This document shows, in pieces, positions 16,587-25,796 of a stretch of DNA of 64,000 nucleotides. Origin of the DNA: Eubacteriales bacterium. Its GTDB lineage: Bacteria > Bacillota > Clostridia > Oscillospirales > JAAYXM01. The notes below the pieces were generated by a model. It was given only the letters and a program-made list of their open reading frames with translations. It was not told where the DNA came from and searched no databases. The stretch lies in NCBI GenBank assembly GCA_045580305.1, contig JAZNNQ010000003.1, forward strand, positions 25,008 to 89,007, read 5' to 3'. Each line of letters opens with the position of its first letter. Position 1 is the stretch's first letter. Position numbers and translations under genes: made by a program.

Positions 16587-17657
16587 TTATTCCTGCGGTT
16601 TCTCATCTTTTTTAAAGCATAAATAAAGCTGGCGGGCTAAAACAACTAAAAGAGGTGTGAATATACCCCAAAGACCGAAAACACGAAGGCCAACATAAAC
16701 GGAAACAAGGGTAACTATTGGATGAAGTCCGATTTGAACACCTACGATCTTCGGTTCTAACACATTTCTTACAATGACGATGACCGCGTATAATATTGCA
16801 AGTCCGGCTGCAAGGAAGAAGTTGCCGGTAATTAAGTTATAGACCGCCCAAGGAAGAAGGATAGTACCTACACCAAATACGGGTATTGCATCGATAAATG
16901 CGGTGAAAAAGGCAATTACAAGGCCGTAGTTAATGCCCAATATTGCAAAGCCTATCGACAATTCAACAAAGGTGATGCACATTAAGATTCCCAGCGCGCG
17001 GATATATTTGCCCAGGGTCATTAAGCTATGGGATTTCATTTTGCGGTACAGCTCATGCCACTTTTTCGGCATAGCCTTTGAAATGGATGCCCGCAAGTGA
17101 TGGTAATCCGAACTGAAAAAATAGGTAGCAGCGAGAACGATAATAATTGTCAAAAGAATGGTTGGCACACTTCCGGCAGCTGATGCGGTAACACTGCCCA
17201 CAGAGGAAATAAGCCCGTCGGGAAGTGAAAATCCGCCGCTGAACAGATTATTTATAGCGTTAGACAGCCAATTGGTAATGCCATCCGGCAAGAAAGAAAA
17301 GAAACTATTTAAAGCGGTGGTTATCTCGGCAACTATTGCTTTAGGGTCGGGGAGAGATGTGAAAAATTCATACACTTCGCGGACAAGCTTTGAAATAAGC
17401 AAATATAAAAGGCTACCCACGCCACCAAAAGCGATGACCGTCCAGATACCACTGGACAGAGGGCGGGGAATGCGGAGCTTATTTGTGAAGAATGCGACCG
17501 GCTTTTCGATTAAAAAAGCCACGATGAAAGCAATAATAAAAGGAGCAAAAAGGCCTAAAGCATAACGGAATATAAGCCAAACCGCAAATGCTCCCAAAAG
17601 ACAATATAAAAGAACAACAAAAAAGCGAAGATGTTTGTTTTCGGGCAATATAGTCAA
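16587..17657 (-). CDS. ytvI: AI-2E family transporter / sporulation integral membrane protein YtvI-like
   Basis: Polytopic membrane protein with a C-terminal ...R..LEPKIVG..IGLHP..TL motif. Start is uncertain (TTG 17657 or TTG 17648). Confidence 0.75.
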   Translation of the reverse strand: MTILPENKHLRFFVVLLYCLLGAFAVWLIFRYALGLFAPFIIAFIVAFLIEKPVAFFTNKLRIPRPLSSGIWTVIAFGGVGSLLYLLISKLVREVYEFFTSLPDPKAIVAEITTALNSFFSFLPDGITNWLSNAINNLFSGGFSLPDGLISSVGSVTASAAGSVPTILLTIIIVLAATYFFSSDYHHLRASISKAMPKKWHELYRKMKSHSLMTLGKYIRALGILMCITFVELSIGFAILGINYGLVIAFFTAFIDAIPVFGVGTILLPWAVYNLITGNFFLAAGLAILYAVIVIVRNVLEPKIVGVQIGLHPIVTLVSVYVGLRVFGLWGIFTPLLVVLARQLYLCFKKDEKPQE

Positions 17658-17774
17658 CTCCCTTCCTAATTATAAGTATATTTTAATTCACCCTACTGTG
17701 TTAGTCAAGCACAAATATAATAGAATAGACCAAGGAATAACGGAAAAAATTTAAAATTTTAAGCAAAGTGACAG

Positions 17775-17803
17775 TTGCAAAAAAATCAATAGTGTAGTAT
17801 CAT
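17775..17803 (+). promoter_or_regulatory. sigma-A-type promoter candidate for the ACT-hom-lysC operon
   Basis: TTGCAA, 17-nt spacer, TATCAT. Confidence 0.45.
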
Positions 17804-17850
17804 AGTATCCATAGTACAAGGACAAATGATTTTCTGTGAGGGATAAGCTC

Positions 17851-18294
17851 ATGAGTGAAGGCACAAAATATTATATTGTAGAAGCGTCTGCCTTGCCCGA
17901 GATTTTCCATAAAGTGTGTGAGGCTAAAAGTCTTATGGAAAAGGGGAGAGCAAAGACGGTTGCCGATGCGGTAAGTACGGTTGGAATAAGCCGAAGCGCC
18001 TTTTATAAATATAAGGATGCTGTCCGCCCGTTTTATGAAATGGGTGTAAGAAAGATTATTACCTTCCACATAATGCTTGAGGACAGACCGGGTGTGCTTT
18101 CGGGTATGCTTAAAATATTTGCGGAATGTGGCGCAAATATTCTTACAATAAATCAGACAATTCCGATAAACGGTCAGGCGGCACTTACGGTTTCCGCAGA
18201 AACCGCCGATATGAAGACCGGACTTGATAAATTTATGGATATGGCGCAAGGGCTTGACGGTATTGTTCGTATTGAGCTTCTTGCCAGAGAATAG
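17851..18294 (+). CDS. ACT domain-containing protein (UPF0735 family)
   Basis: N-terminal HTH-like part plus an ACT fold (ITFHIMLEDRPGVLSGMLKIFAECGANILTINQ). ATG 17851 follows GAGGGA. Confidence 0.8.
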   Translation: MSEGTKYYIVEASALPEIFHKVCEAKSLMEKGRAKTVADAVSTVGISRSAFYKYKDAVRPFYEMGVRKIITFHIMLEDRPGVLSGMLKIFAECGANILTINQTIPINGQAALTVSAETADMKTGLDKFMDMAQGLDGIVRIELLARE

Positions 18295-18306
18295 GAGGAA
18301 ATACAA

Positions 18307-19536
18307 ATGGTTAAAATTGCGGTATTAGGTTTTGGTACGGTTGGCGCCGGCGTTGTAGATGTTATTTACGACAATGCTGATATTGTTGCAAAGAACGCTG
18401 CGGATAAAATTGAGGTTGAGTATATTCTTGATATTCGTGACTATCCGGACTCACCTTATGCAGACAAGGTAATTCACGATTTTGAGACTATTATAAACGA
18501 TGACAGCATTTCTGTTGTTGTTGAAACTATTGGTGGAACAAAGCCTGCTTATGATTTCACCAAGAGATCACTTCTTGCAGGAAAGAGTGTTGTAACATCC
18601 AATAAGGAACTTGTTGCAACACACGGTGCAGAGCTTATTGCGATTGCTAAGGCTAACAATGTAAACTACCTCTTCGAGGCGGCAGTTGGCGGTGGTATTC
18701 CGATTATCCGTCCCATGGCACAGTGTCTTGCTGCTAACAGAATTGATGAGGTTTGCGGCATCTTAAACGGTACCACTAACTATATCTTAAATCGTATGAT
18801 CAATGCAGGTCTTTCTTTTGAGAAGGCGCTGTCCGAGGCTCAGGAAAAGGGCTATGCAGAGCGTAACCCCGCAGCGGATGTTGAGGGTCACGATGCTTGC
18901 CGTAAGATATGTATTCTTGCAGCGCTTGCCTTCGGTAAGCATGTATATCCGGAATATGTAAAGACCGAGGGTATTACAAAGATTACTCTTGAGGATGTTG
19001 CATATGCAGAGTCTGATGATAAGGTAATCAAGCTTCTTGGCCGCGCAATTCGCGTTGATGAAAGCGGAAAAGCCTATGTTTTCGTTGCACCTCATCTCGT
19101 AAGTCGCGAATCACCTTTGGCTTGTGTTAACGGCGTATTTAACAGTATTATGGTTTCCGGAAACGAGGTAGACGATGTAATGTTCTACGGAAGAGGCGCT
19201 GGTAAGTACCCCACAGCGTCTGCGGTTGTCGCGGATGTAATTGACGCGGCAAAGCATTTGAATGCAAGAAAGTATTTAAGCTGGGATGATGGCGATGCAT
19301 CTGTTGTTGCTGATATTGCTGACTTTAAGTCTAAGTATTATATCAGAATTTCCGGTGACAATGCCCGCTCAGCCGCAATCGATGTGTTTGGCGAGGTTAA
19401 ATTCTTAGAGAATAAAAATGTCGACGGAAACGAATGCGCGTTTATTACAGAAGAGCTTTCGCAGAATGAGCTTATAATTAAATTGGAAAAAATTAAAAAT
19501 CATGTTGCACTACTAGCGAATATGATGGTATTATAG
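18307..19536 (+). CDS. hom: homoserine dehydrogenase
   Basis: N-terminal VLGFGTVG Rossmann motif, catalytic region ...GILNGTTNYIL..M, and a C-terminal ACT-like tail. Confidence 0.92.
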   Translation: MVKIAVLGFGTVGAGVVDVIYDNADIVAKNAADKIEVEYILDIRDYPDSPYADKVIHDFETIINDDSISVVVETIGGTKPAYDFTKRSLLAGKSVVTSNKELVATHGAELIAIAKANNVNYLFEAAVGGGIPIIRPMAQCLAANRIDEVCGILNGTTNYILNRMINAGLSFEKALSEAQEKGYAERNPAADVEGHDACRKICILAALAFGKHVYPEYVKTEGITKITLEDVAYAESDDKVIKLLGRAIRVDESGKAYVFVAPHLVSRESPLACVNGVFNSIMVSGNEVDDVMFYGRGAGKYPTASAVVADVIDAAKHLNARKYLSWDDGDASVVADIADFKSKYYIRISGDNARSAAIDVFGEVKFLENKNVDGNECAFITEELSQNELIIKLEKIKNHVALLANMMVL

Positions 19537-19566
19537 TAACATAGTTTTTTGGAAGGAGTATACACA

Positions 19567-20769
19567 ATGGGCCTTATTGTACAAAAATTTGGCGGCAGTT
19601 CGGTTGCTAATACTGAGCGAATCTTTAATGTCGCATCTATCATTACCGATACTTTCAAGGCTGGTAATGATGTTGTAGTTGTTCTCTCCGCTCAGGGCGA
19701 TACAACCGACGAAATGATTGAAAAAGCTGCAGAGATTAATCCTAACCCCTCCAAGCGTGAAATGGATATGTTGCTCGCAAATGGTGAGCAGATGTCAATT
19801 GCTCTTATGGCAATGGCAATTGAGAAACTCGGCTATCCGGTAATCTCTCTTTGCGGTTGGCAGGTAGGTATGCATACCGATTCTAACTACGGTAATGCAA
19901 AAATCGAAAAAATCACACCCACCCGAATTGAAACCGAACTTGCTCGCAAGAAAATCGTTTTAGTTGCAGGTTTCCAGGGTATTAACAAGTACGATGATGT
20001 TACAACCCTCGGACGCGGAGGATCAGATACGACCGCTGTTGCACTTGCGGTAGCACTTAAGGCAGACCTCTGCCAGATCTATACCGATGTTGATGGCGTT
20101 TATACCGCTGATCCGCGTTTTGTCAAAGATGCTCGCAAGTTAGAGGAAATCACTTACGACGAAATGCTTGAGCTTGCATCCCTTGGCGCAAATGTTCTTC
20201 ACAACCGATCCGTTGAGATGGCAAAGCGCTATAATATAGAATTAGAAGTTATTTCCAGTTTTACTAAACAACCAGGTACTAAGGTTAAGGAGGCACCTAA
20301 CATGGAAAAAATGAATGTTTCAGGCGTTGCAAAAGATAAAAATATCGCTCGTATTTCACTTGTTAACTTAGCGCATATCCCCGGCGTAGCATTTAAGATT
20401 TTCTCGGTTTTAGCTGCTAAGAAGATTAATGTTGACATTATTCTTCAGTCCATCGGCCGTGATGATACCAAGGATATAAGTTTTACCGTTTCTTCTGACA
20501 ATGTTCAGGCTGCCATCGATGTTTTAAATGACAACAAGGATAAAATCGGTTTTGAGGATATCTCCGTTAACGAAAAGGTTTGCAAGGTCTCCATTGTCGG
20601 TGCAGGTATGGTTAACAACCCGGGCGTTGCAGCAACAATGTTCGAGGCTCTTGCTGATGCAAACATCAATATCCAGATGATTTCAACAAGTGAGCTTAAG
20701 GTTTCCGTTCTTATCGATGAGGAAGATGCAGACAAGGCGCTTTCTGCAATTCACGGCAAGTTCTTTTAA
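19567..20769 (+). CDS. lysC: aspartate kinase
   Basis: IVQKFGGSSV N-terminus, GRGGSDTTA motif, two C-terminal ACT domains. ATG 19567 lies 8 nt after GGAAGGAG. Confidence 0.93.
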   Translation: MGLIVQKFGGSSVANTERIFNVASIITDTFKAGNDVVVVLSAQGDTTDEMIEKAAEINPNPSKREMDMLLANGEQMSIALMAMAIEKLGYPVISLCGWQVGMHTDSNYGNAKIEKITPTRIETELARKKIVLVAGFQGINKYDDVTTLGRGGSDTTAVALAVALKADLCQIYTDVDGVYTADPRFVKDARKLEEITYDEMLELASLGANVLHNRSVEMAKRYNIELEVISSFTKQPGTKVKEAPNMEKMNVSGVAKDKNIARISLVNLAHIPGVAFKIFSVLAAKKINVDIILQSIGRDDTKDISFTVSSDNVQAAIDVLNDNKDKIGFEDISVNEKVCKVSIVGAGMVNNPGVAATMFEALADANINIQMISTSELKVSVLIDEEDADKALSAIHGKFF

Positions 20770-20782
20770 TTAAGACAAACAT

Positions 20783-20817
20783 AAAAAAGAAGAGTTCTTA
20801 CGAACTCTTCTTTTTTT
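20783..20817. terminator. bidirectional intrinsic terminator
   Basis: AAAAAAGAAGAGTTC-ttac-GAACTCTTCTTTTTTT. Confidence 0.75.
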
Positions 20818-21634
20818 ATCCGTTAAAAGTATATGGATCAGCACCGATGTGAAGATTGGAATCCAAACTGTCAAGTAGTTTAATATCCTCACTTGAAAGG
20901 GAAAAATCAAACACATCACGGTTTTCCGCTATTCGTGCGGGCTCTTTTGATTTGGGTATAGGAATATGACCCTTTTGTAATTGCCAGCGGAGAAGGATTT
21001 GTGCGGGGGTTTTAGTATGTTTTTTGGAAAGGGTAATAATGTTCTCGTTTTCCATTCCGCGTGCCCTGTAAAGGGGTCCCCAAGCGATGAGAGCGATGTT
21101 ATTATCTTTACAGAAAGTGGAAAGCTCACGCTCCTGATAAAACGGGTGTAGTTCAATCTGGTTTACGGCAGGATAGAAACCAAAGGGGTCTTTGAATTTT
21201 TGCAGATGCTCGATCTGGAAATTTGAAACGCCCAGCGTTTTGAAAAGCTTGCCTTGCAGAGGGAGTAGTGTATCTATTGCCCGGTGACGGCGGTCATCAT
21301 CCGTGCCCGGCCAATGAAGCAGGTAACAGTCCAGATAGTCGCAGTCTAATTCTTTAAGTGTCTTCTCCAAAGCGCGAAGCGGAGTGTCAAAATCCAACGG
21401 CCACAGTTTGGATAGTATAAAAAGCTTATCTCTCGAAACGCTTGCGTTCTTTATGCCGCAACCGACTTCAATTTCATTATTATATTTAGATGCCGAGTCG
21501 ATATAGCGGTACCCCTCAGAGATTGCACAAGTTACCGCGTTTTTGATTTCATTGCCGTATGCATTCCAACAGCCGAAACCAAAAATGGGAATGGAGTTAC
21601 CGTCTGCAAGTGTAATATTGTCGGAAAATTTCAT
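20816..21634 (-). CDS. aldo/keto reductase
   Basis: AKR signatures G.G.W, YR.IDSA..Y.NE, LDY.DCYLLHWP and ..IPKS..P.RI.EN. Confidence 0.85.
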   Translation of the reverse strand: MKFSDNITLADGNSIPIFGFGCWNAYGNEIKNAVTCAISEGYRYIDSASKYNNEIEVGCGIKNASVSRDKLFILSKLWPLDFDTPLRALEKTLKELDCDYLDCYLLHWPGTDDDRRHRAIDTLLPLQGKLFKTLGVSNFQIEHLQKFKDPFGFYPAVNQIELHPFYQERELSTFCKDNNIALIAWGPLYRARGMENENIITLSKKHTKTPAQILLRWQLQKGHIPIPKSKEPARIAENRDVFDFSLSSEDIKLLDSLDSNLHIGADPYTFNG

Positions 21635-21644
21635 AGTCTATACC

Positions 21645-21681
21645 TCAACAAACAGCCCGGACGAAATTCGACCGGGCTGTA
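21645..21681 (-). terminator. intrinsic terminator after the prs-like gene
   Basis: ACAGCCCGG/CCGGGCTGT hairpin followed by TTTGTT on the minus strand. Confidence 0.6.
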
Positions 21682-21686
21682 AATGT

Positions 21687-22865
21687 TTATTTGTTACGAT
21701 ATTTTTCAAGAAGTGCATTTATCTTATCAGCGGGATTGAGAAGCGGGCTGATAGATAAGTCGTGGTTGAGCGTATCGATGATAAGTGATAAGAACTTTGA
21801 CATATCAACATTAACATACCAGGGAGCATTTAAAACTTCAGGTGTGCGGTAGTTTAAGTTGGTAGTAAATACGCGGGAGATAACGCCTTCCTCATAACAC
21901 TTGTCAAACGCAGCGGTACCTTCTGTGAAGAGACCGAAAGTGGTAGCAATGAAAATTCGATTTGCCTTTCTGTTCTTCAGCTCGTATGCGATATCAATAA
22001 CAGAATCGCCGGAGGAGATCATATCGTCGATGATTAAAACATCCTTGCCTTCAACAGAGTCACCTAAGAACTCATGGCTGACAATGGGGTTACGACCATT
22101 AACGATGCGAGTATAGTCGCGGCGCTTATAGAACATACCAACATCAAGCCCCAGCATACTAGCATAGTAGAGAGAACGATGCATACCGCCTTCATCAGGG
22201 CTGATGACAATCATCTTGTCCTTGTTGATTTCAAGGTCAGGAACCTCGCGTAAAAGCGCCTTGATAACCTGATATGTAGGCTGAATATTTTCAAAACCGG
22301 TAAGGGGAATAGCATTCTGAACGCGGGGATCATGTGCGTCAAAGGTGATGATGTTAGTAACACCTAAATGCTCAAGCTCTTGAAGTGCAAGTGCACAGTC
22401 GAGAGATTCACGGTCAGACTTCTTGTGCTGACGGCTCTCGTAAAGAAGAGGCATAATAACCGTAATACGACGGGATTTACCACTTACAGCGGCGATGATA
22501 CGCTTGATATCCTGGAAATGATCGTCCGGACTCATAGGGCAATCCTTGCTATACATTTTATATGTACAGCTGTAATTACTGATATCTGCTAAAATAAATA
22601 AGTCGTGAGCACGAACGGTTTCCTTAATAATAGCCTTACCTTCACCGGATGCAAAACGAGGGGTAATATGGTCGATCAAGTAAGAATCGCGCATATATGC
22701 CGGGAAGTGAAGGGGAACATATCCGTTCTCAACATTACTACGACGCTGGAGAACAAGATTCTTGTCTACTAAGTCACCGAGCTCACGGCTACCTGCAAGT
22801 GAAATCAAACCCAACGGGGCAAAAGGAATTTTATCTTCAGGTGCTGCTTTAAAAGAGCTTGTCAT
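21687..22865 (-). CDS. prs: ribose-phosphate diphosphokinase family protein (long form)
   Basis: PRPP-binding loop VLIIDDMISSGDS and a Prs-like N-terminal half. ATG 22865 lies 9 nt after GAGGAG; the ORF-track extension was rejected. Confidence 0.82.
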   Translation of the reverse strand: MTSSFKAAPEDKIPFAPLGLISLAGSRELGDLVDKNLVLQRRSNVENGYVPLHFPAYMRDSYLIDHITPRFASGEGKAIIKETVRAHDLFILADISNYSCTYKMYSKDCPMSPDDHFQDIKRIIAAVSGKSRRITVIMPLLYESRQHKKSDRESLDCALALQELEHLGVTNIITFDAHDPRVQNAIPLTGFENIQPTYQVIKALLREVPDLEINKDKMIVISPDEGGMHRSLYYASMLGLDVGMFYKRRDYTRIVNGRNPIVSHEFLGDSVEGKDVLIIDDMISSGDSVIDIAYELKNRKANRIFIATTFGLFTEGTAAFDKCYEEGVISRVFTTNLNYRTPEVLNAPWYVNVDMSKFLSLIIDTLNHDLSISPLLNPADKINALLEKYRNK

Positions 22866-23027
22866 TTTTAACATCTCCTCTGTATTGAAATTAATCGCCA
22901 TAATTGGCGCACATGTACAACAATATAATAACATACGACAAAATATTTATCAATGTCTAATTACAACAATGATTAAAAAAAGTATTTGTGGATTTCGATA
23001 ATTTTGACAATGCTCCTAAAAATTCGA

Positions 23028-23056
23028 TTGACGGAAAAGCGTGTTTGTGTTAAACT
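23028..23056 (+). promoter_or_regulatory. promoter candidate for tRNA-Thr
   Basis: TTGACG, 17-nt spacer, TAAACT. The -10 ends 13 nt before the tRNA 5' end. Confidence 0.5.
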
Positions 23057-23069
23057 TATTAGTGCTATT

Positions 23070-23145
23070 GCTGGAATAACTCAGTCGGTAGAGTACCTCA
23101 CTCGTAATGAGGAAGTCGAGGGTTCAAGTCCCTTTTCCAGCTCCA
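23070..23145 (+). tRNA. tRNA-Thr (anticodon CGT), CCA encoded
   Basis: Folded by hand. Acceptor GCTGGAA/TTCCAGC. Anticodon stem CCTCA/TGAGG with loop CTCGTAA. T arm GAGGG-TTCAAGT-CCCTT. 3' TCCA. Confidence 0.9.
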
Positions 23146-23208
23146 TTAAAAAGGATAACCCACAAGGGTTATCCTTTTTAATTTATGATTAATAGGGACT
23201 TGAACCCT
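23128..23208 (+). repeat. direct repeat copy 1 (tRNA 3' 18 nt, terminator and 29 nt downstream)
   Basis: Identical to 23311-23390 except for one extra A at 23188. Confidence 0.9.
23147..23179 (+). terminator. intrinsic terminator after tRNA-Thr
   Basis: GGATAACCC-acaa-GGGTTATCC followed by TTTTT. Confidence 0.75.
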
Positions 23209-23310
23209 AAGAGGGTTTTTGCGTTAAGAAAATATGCCGGTGGCATATTTTTAGCAAAAAGGTGTGAAGTCCGCAAGGACGAGCAAGTAAGCCGCGATGA
23301 GCGCGGCTGT

Positions 23311-23390
23311 GTCCCTTTTCCAGCTCCATTAAAAAGGATAACCCACAAGGGTTATCCTTTTTAATTTATGTTAATAGGGACTTGAACCCT
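23311..23390 (+). repeat. direct repeat copy 2 (orphan tRNA-Thr 3' end plus second terminator copy)
   Basis: GTCCCTTTTCCAGCTCCA plus the same terminator hairpin (23336-23357), 183 bp downstream of copy 1. No tRNA 5' half precedes it. Confidence 0.9.
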
Positions 23391-23468
23391 TTAAGAAGAG
23401 TTTTCTGAAAATACATCTTGAAGATGAAGCGGTTTAATGATAGACTAAGCATATAAGAGGTGAATATA

Positions 23469-24716
23469 ATGAAAACAACCAAAAGAGTAATTTCATTTTT
23501 TCTTGCCGTATTAACAATAGCGGCACTTTGTACGGTTACGGCAGTCGACGCTACCAAAGATGTTGTTGTAAGCTTACAGATTGACAATCCTATAATGACG
23601 GTCAACGGAGCGCGTGCTGAAATTGATGCCGGACGCGGGACAAAGCCGATTATAAATGGCGGACGAACATTGGTACCGATTCGTGCCATAATTGAGGCCT
23701 TTGATGGTGATGTCAAGTGGGAAAATACAACTCGCACAGCCATTCTCACCCTTGAAGGCGATGTCATTAAACTAATTATAGACAGCAAGACCGCATACCT
23801 TAACAATAAAGCCCACACGCTGGATGTGGCACCTAAGATCGTCAACGGCCGCACTATGTTGCCTATCCGCTTTGTGGCTGAAGGATTCAATCTGGGTGTT
23901 GCCTGGGATGGTAAGACTAAAACTGTTTCTGTTATAAGAAATATATTTGAGGACTATGAGTATAACCGCTTAATGGCGGCGCTTCCTCGATATAGCGGAT
24001 CGCCCTATGCGGTTATAAATAACAATAAACCTTATTTCGCGCCTTATGAAATAATTTCAGGCTCTTTTGAGTATTACAGCACACTTGACGAGTTGGGCAG
24101 ATGTGATGTATGTATGGCGTCTGTTGCCGAGGATCTTATGCCGACGGGTGAACGAGAAAGTATAAGCTCGGTAACGCCTACAGGATGGATAAATGCTTCC
24201 TATGATTTTATCAGCGGAAAATATTTGTACAACCGATGCCACTTGATCGGCTATCAGTTAACCGGTGAAAACGCCAATAAGCGGAATTTGATAACCGGAA
24301 CACGGTATATGAATGTGGACGGTATGCTGCCATTTGAGAACAAGATCGATGATTATATAGAAAGAACCGGAAACCATGTTATGTACCGAGTAACACCGGT
24401 TTTCAAGGGCAATAACTTAGTGGCAGACGGTGTTTTAATGGAGGCCTATTCGGTTGAAGATAATGGAAAGGGCATCTCATTCTGTGTTTACTGCTATAAT
24501 ATTCAGCCGGGCGTAAGCATTAATTATGCAACGGGTAGTAGTGCAATACAGGTGCAACAAGCGCCTGCTGCAACCACTACATTTTCCGTTTATCGTACGC
24601 CCAGTGGCAAAAAATATCATTTCGATGCAAATTGTGGTGGAAAAAACAGTTATGAGATAACCTTAGAAGCGGCAAAAAGTGCAGGGCTTACCGCTTGCAA
24701 AAAATGTGCAAGTTAG
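23469..24716 (+). CDS. secreted DNA/RNA non-specific endonuclease with an N-terminal copper-amine-oxidase-N-like (stalk) domain and a C-terminal Cys-rich motif
   Basis: Signal peptide. Cu_amine_oxidN1-like repeats (GRTLVPIRAI...; GRTMLPIRFV...). Nuclease core NRCHLIGYQLTGENANKRNLITGTRYMN. C-terminal GKKYHFDANCGG...CKKC. ATG 23469 is preferred over GTG 23460. Confidence 0.85.
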   Translation: MKTTKRVISFFLAVLTIAALCTVTAVDATKDVVVSLQIDNPIMTVNGARAEIDAGRGTKPIINGGRTLVPIRAIIEAFDGDVKWENTTRTAILTLEGDVIKLIIDSKTAYLNNKAHTLDVAPKIVNGRTMLPIRFVAEGFNLGVAWDGKTKTVSVIRNIFEDYEYNRLMAALPRYSGSPYAVINNNKPYFAPYEIISGSFEYYSTLDELGRCDVCMASVAEDLMPTGERESISSVTPTGWINASYDFISGKYLYNRCHLIGYQLTGENANKRNLITGTRYMNVDGMLPFENKIDDYIERTGNHVMYRVTPVFKGNNLVADGVLMEAYSVEDNGKGISFCVYCYNIQPGVSINYATGSSAIQVQQAPAATTTFSVYRTPSGKKYHFDANCGGKNSYEITLEAAKSAGLTACKKCAS

Positions 24717-24742
24717 AATTGCATGGGAAAGAGGCTAATTGT

Positions 24743-25783
24743 ATGAAATACAAAGTAGATTTGAATTATCTCGTCGATACATTTACAAAGATTGCAAAGG
24801 TACCGAGTGTTGTCGGATATTCAAAACAGTTAAATCCTGTTCTGGACGAGCTTGCAAAGGAATTGGGCTATTCCGTTACATATGATAACCGAGCTACTGC
24901 GTATATTACAGTACCCGGTAAAAATCACGATAAAAAGATAATGTTTGGTGCCCATGCTGATACCATCGGTATGGTGGTTTATAAAATAGAGAGCGACGGC
25001 ACATTACAAATGCGTACCTTTGGAGGGGTAATGTTCCAAAGCCTTGAGGGTGAGAGTGTTCGCATATGCACCAGAGACGGAAGGGAATATACCGGTCTTA
25101 TCGCTTGTAAGTCCCATTCGCCCCATGTGTTTGAGGACTGCAGAAGCATGCCTCGCGATCAGGAGCACATGATCGTGTTTTTGGATGAACCCGTGAAATC
25201 AAAAGAGGATGTTTTGGCACTGGGCATCCAAAACGGTGACTTTGTATATCCTGATCCCAGAACGACTTTGACTCAAAACGGCTATCTCAAATCCCGTTAT
25301 ATTGATGACAAGGGTTCGATTGCATGCTGTTTTGCAGCGCTTAGATATATTGCAGAGAATAAATTAACTCCTGCGTATGACACAATTTTTGCATTCCCGT
25401 ATTACGAAGAAAAAGGCTGCGGCGGTGCATATGTACCGGATGGGGTAAGTGAGTATATTGCCGTTGATATCGGTCTTGTAGGACCGGATTTGGATGGCAC
25501 TGAGGACAAGGTGAGCATCTGTGCTGCGGACGCGAACTTACCATATGATTATGATCTTACCAATGAACTTATTGCTTGTGCGAAAGAGACGGGTTGTGAG
25601 TATGCGCTTGATGTATTTTACCGTTATGGTACTGATGGAAGCGCGGCATTTAAAGCGAGCAATAATCTGCGAGTTGCGGCCTTCGGTATGGCGGTAATTT
25701 GTAGTCACGGCATAGAACGCACTCACATCAGAGGCCTTGAGGGAGCGACAAATATCATCTTAGAATATATTATGTTAAAGTAA
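24743..25783 (+). CDS. M42 family metallopeptidase (aminopeptidase/endoglucanase-like)
   Basis: GAHADTIGMVV motif, DDKGS, YEE.G.GGA. ATG 24743 follows GGGAAAGAGG. Confidence 0.82.
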   Translation: MKYKVDLNYLVDTFTKIAKVPSVVGYSKQLNPVLDELAKELGYSVTYDNRATAYITVPGKNHDKKIMFGAHADTIGMVVYKIESDGTLQMRTFGGVMFQSLEGESVRICTRDGREYTGLIACKSHSPHVFEDCRSMPRDQEHMIVFLDEPVKSKEDVLALGIQNGDFVYPDPRTTLTQNGYLKSRYIDDKGSIACCFAALRYIAENKLTPAYDTIFAFPYYEEKGCGGAYVPDGVSEYIAVDIGLVGPDLDGTEDKVSICAADANLPYDYDLTNELIACAKETGCEYALDVFYRYGTDGSAAFKASNNLRVAAFGMAVICSHGIERTHIRGLEGATNIILEYIMLK

Positions 25784-25796
25784 AGGAGTAATTAAA

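Noticed and set aside
17658-17850. Looked for a T-box, lysine or SAM riboswitch upstream of the ACT-hom-lysC operon.
   Set aside because: Only about 45 nt lie between the candidate -10 and the ATG. No specifier, T-box or riboswitch consensus strings and no leader terminator are visible.
23366-23890. 174-aa minus-strand ORF overlapping the nuclease gene start and the second tRNA repeat.
   Set aside because: It is antisense to a well-supported secreted nuclease gene. It has low-complexity Ser/Ala/Val-rich composition, no RBS and no recognisable family, so it is a shadow ORF.
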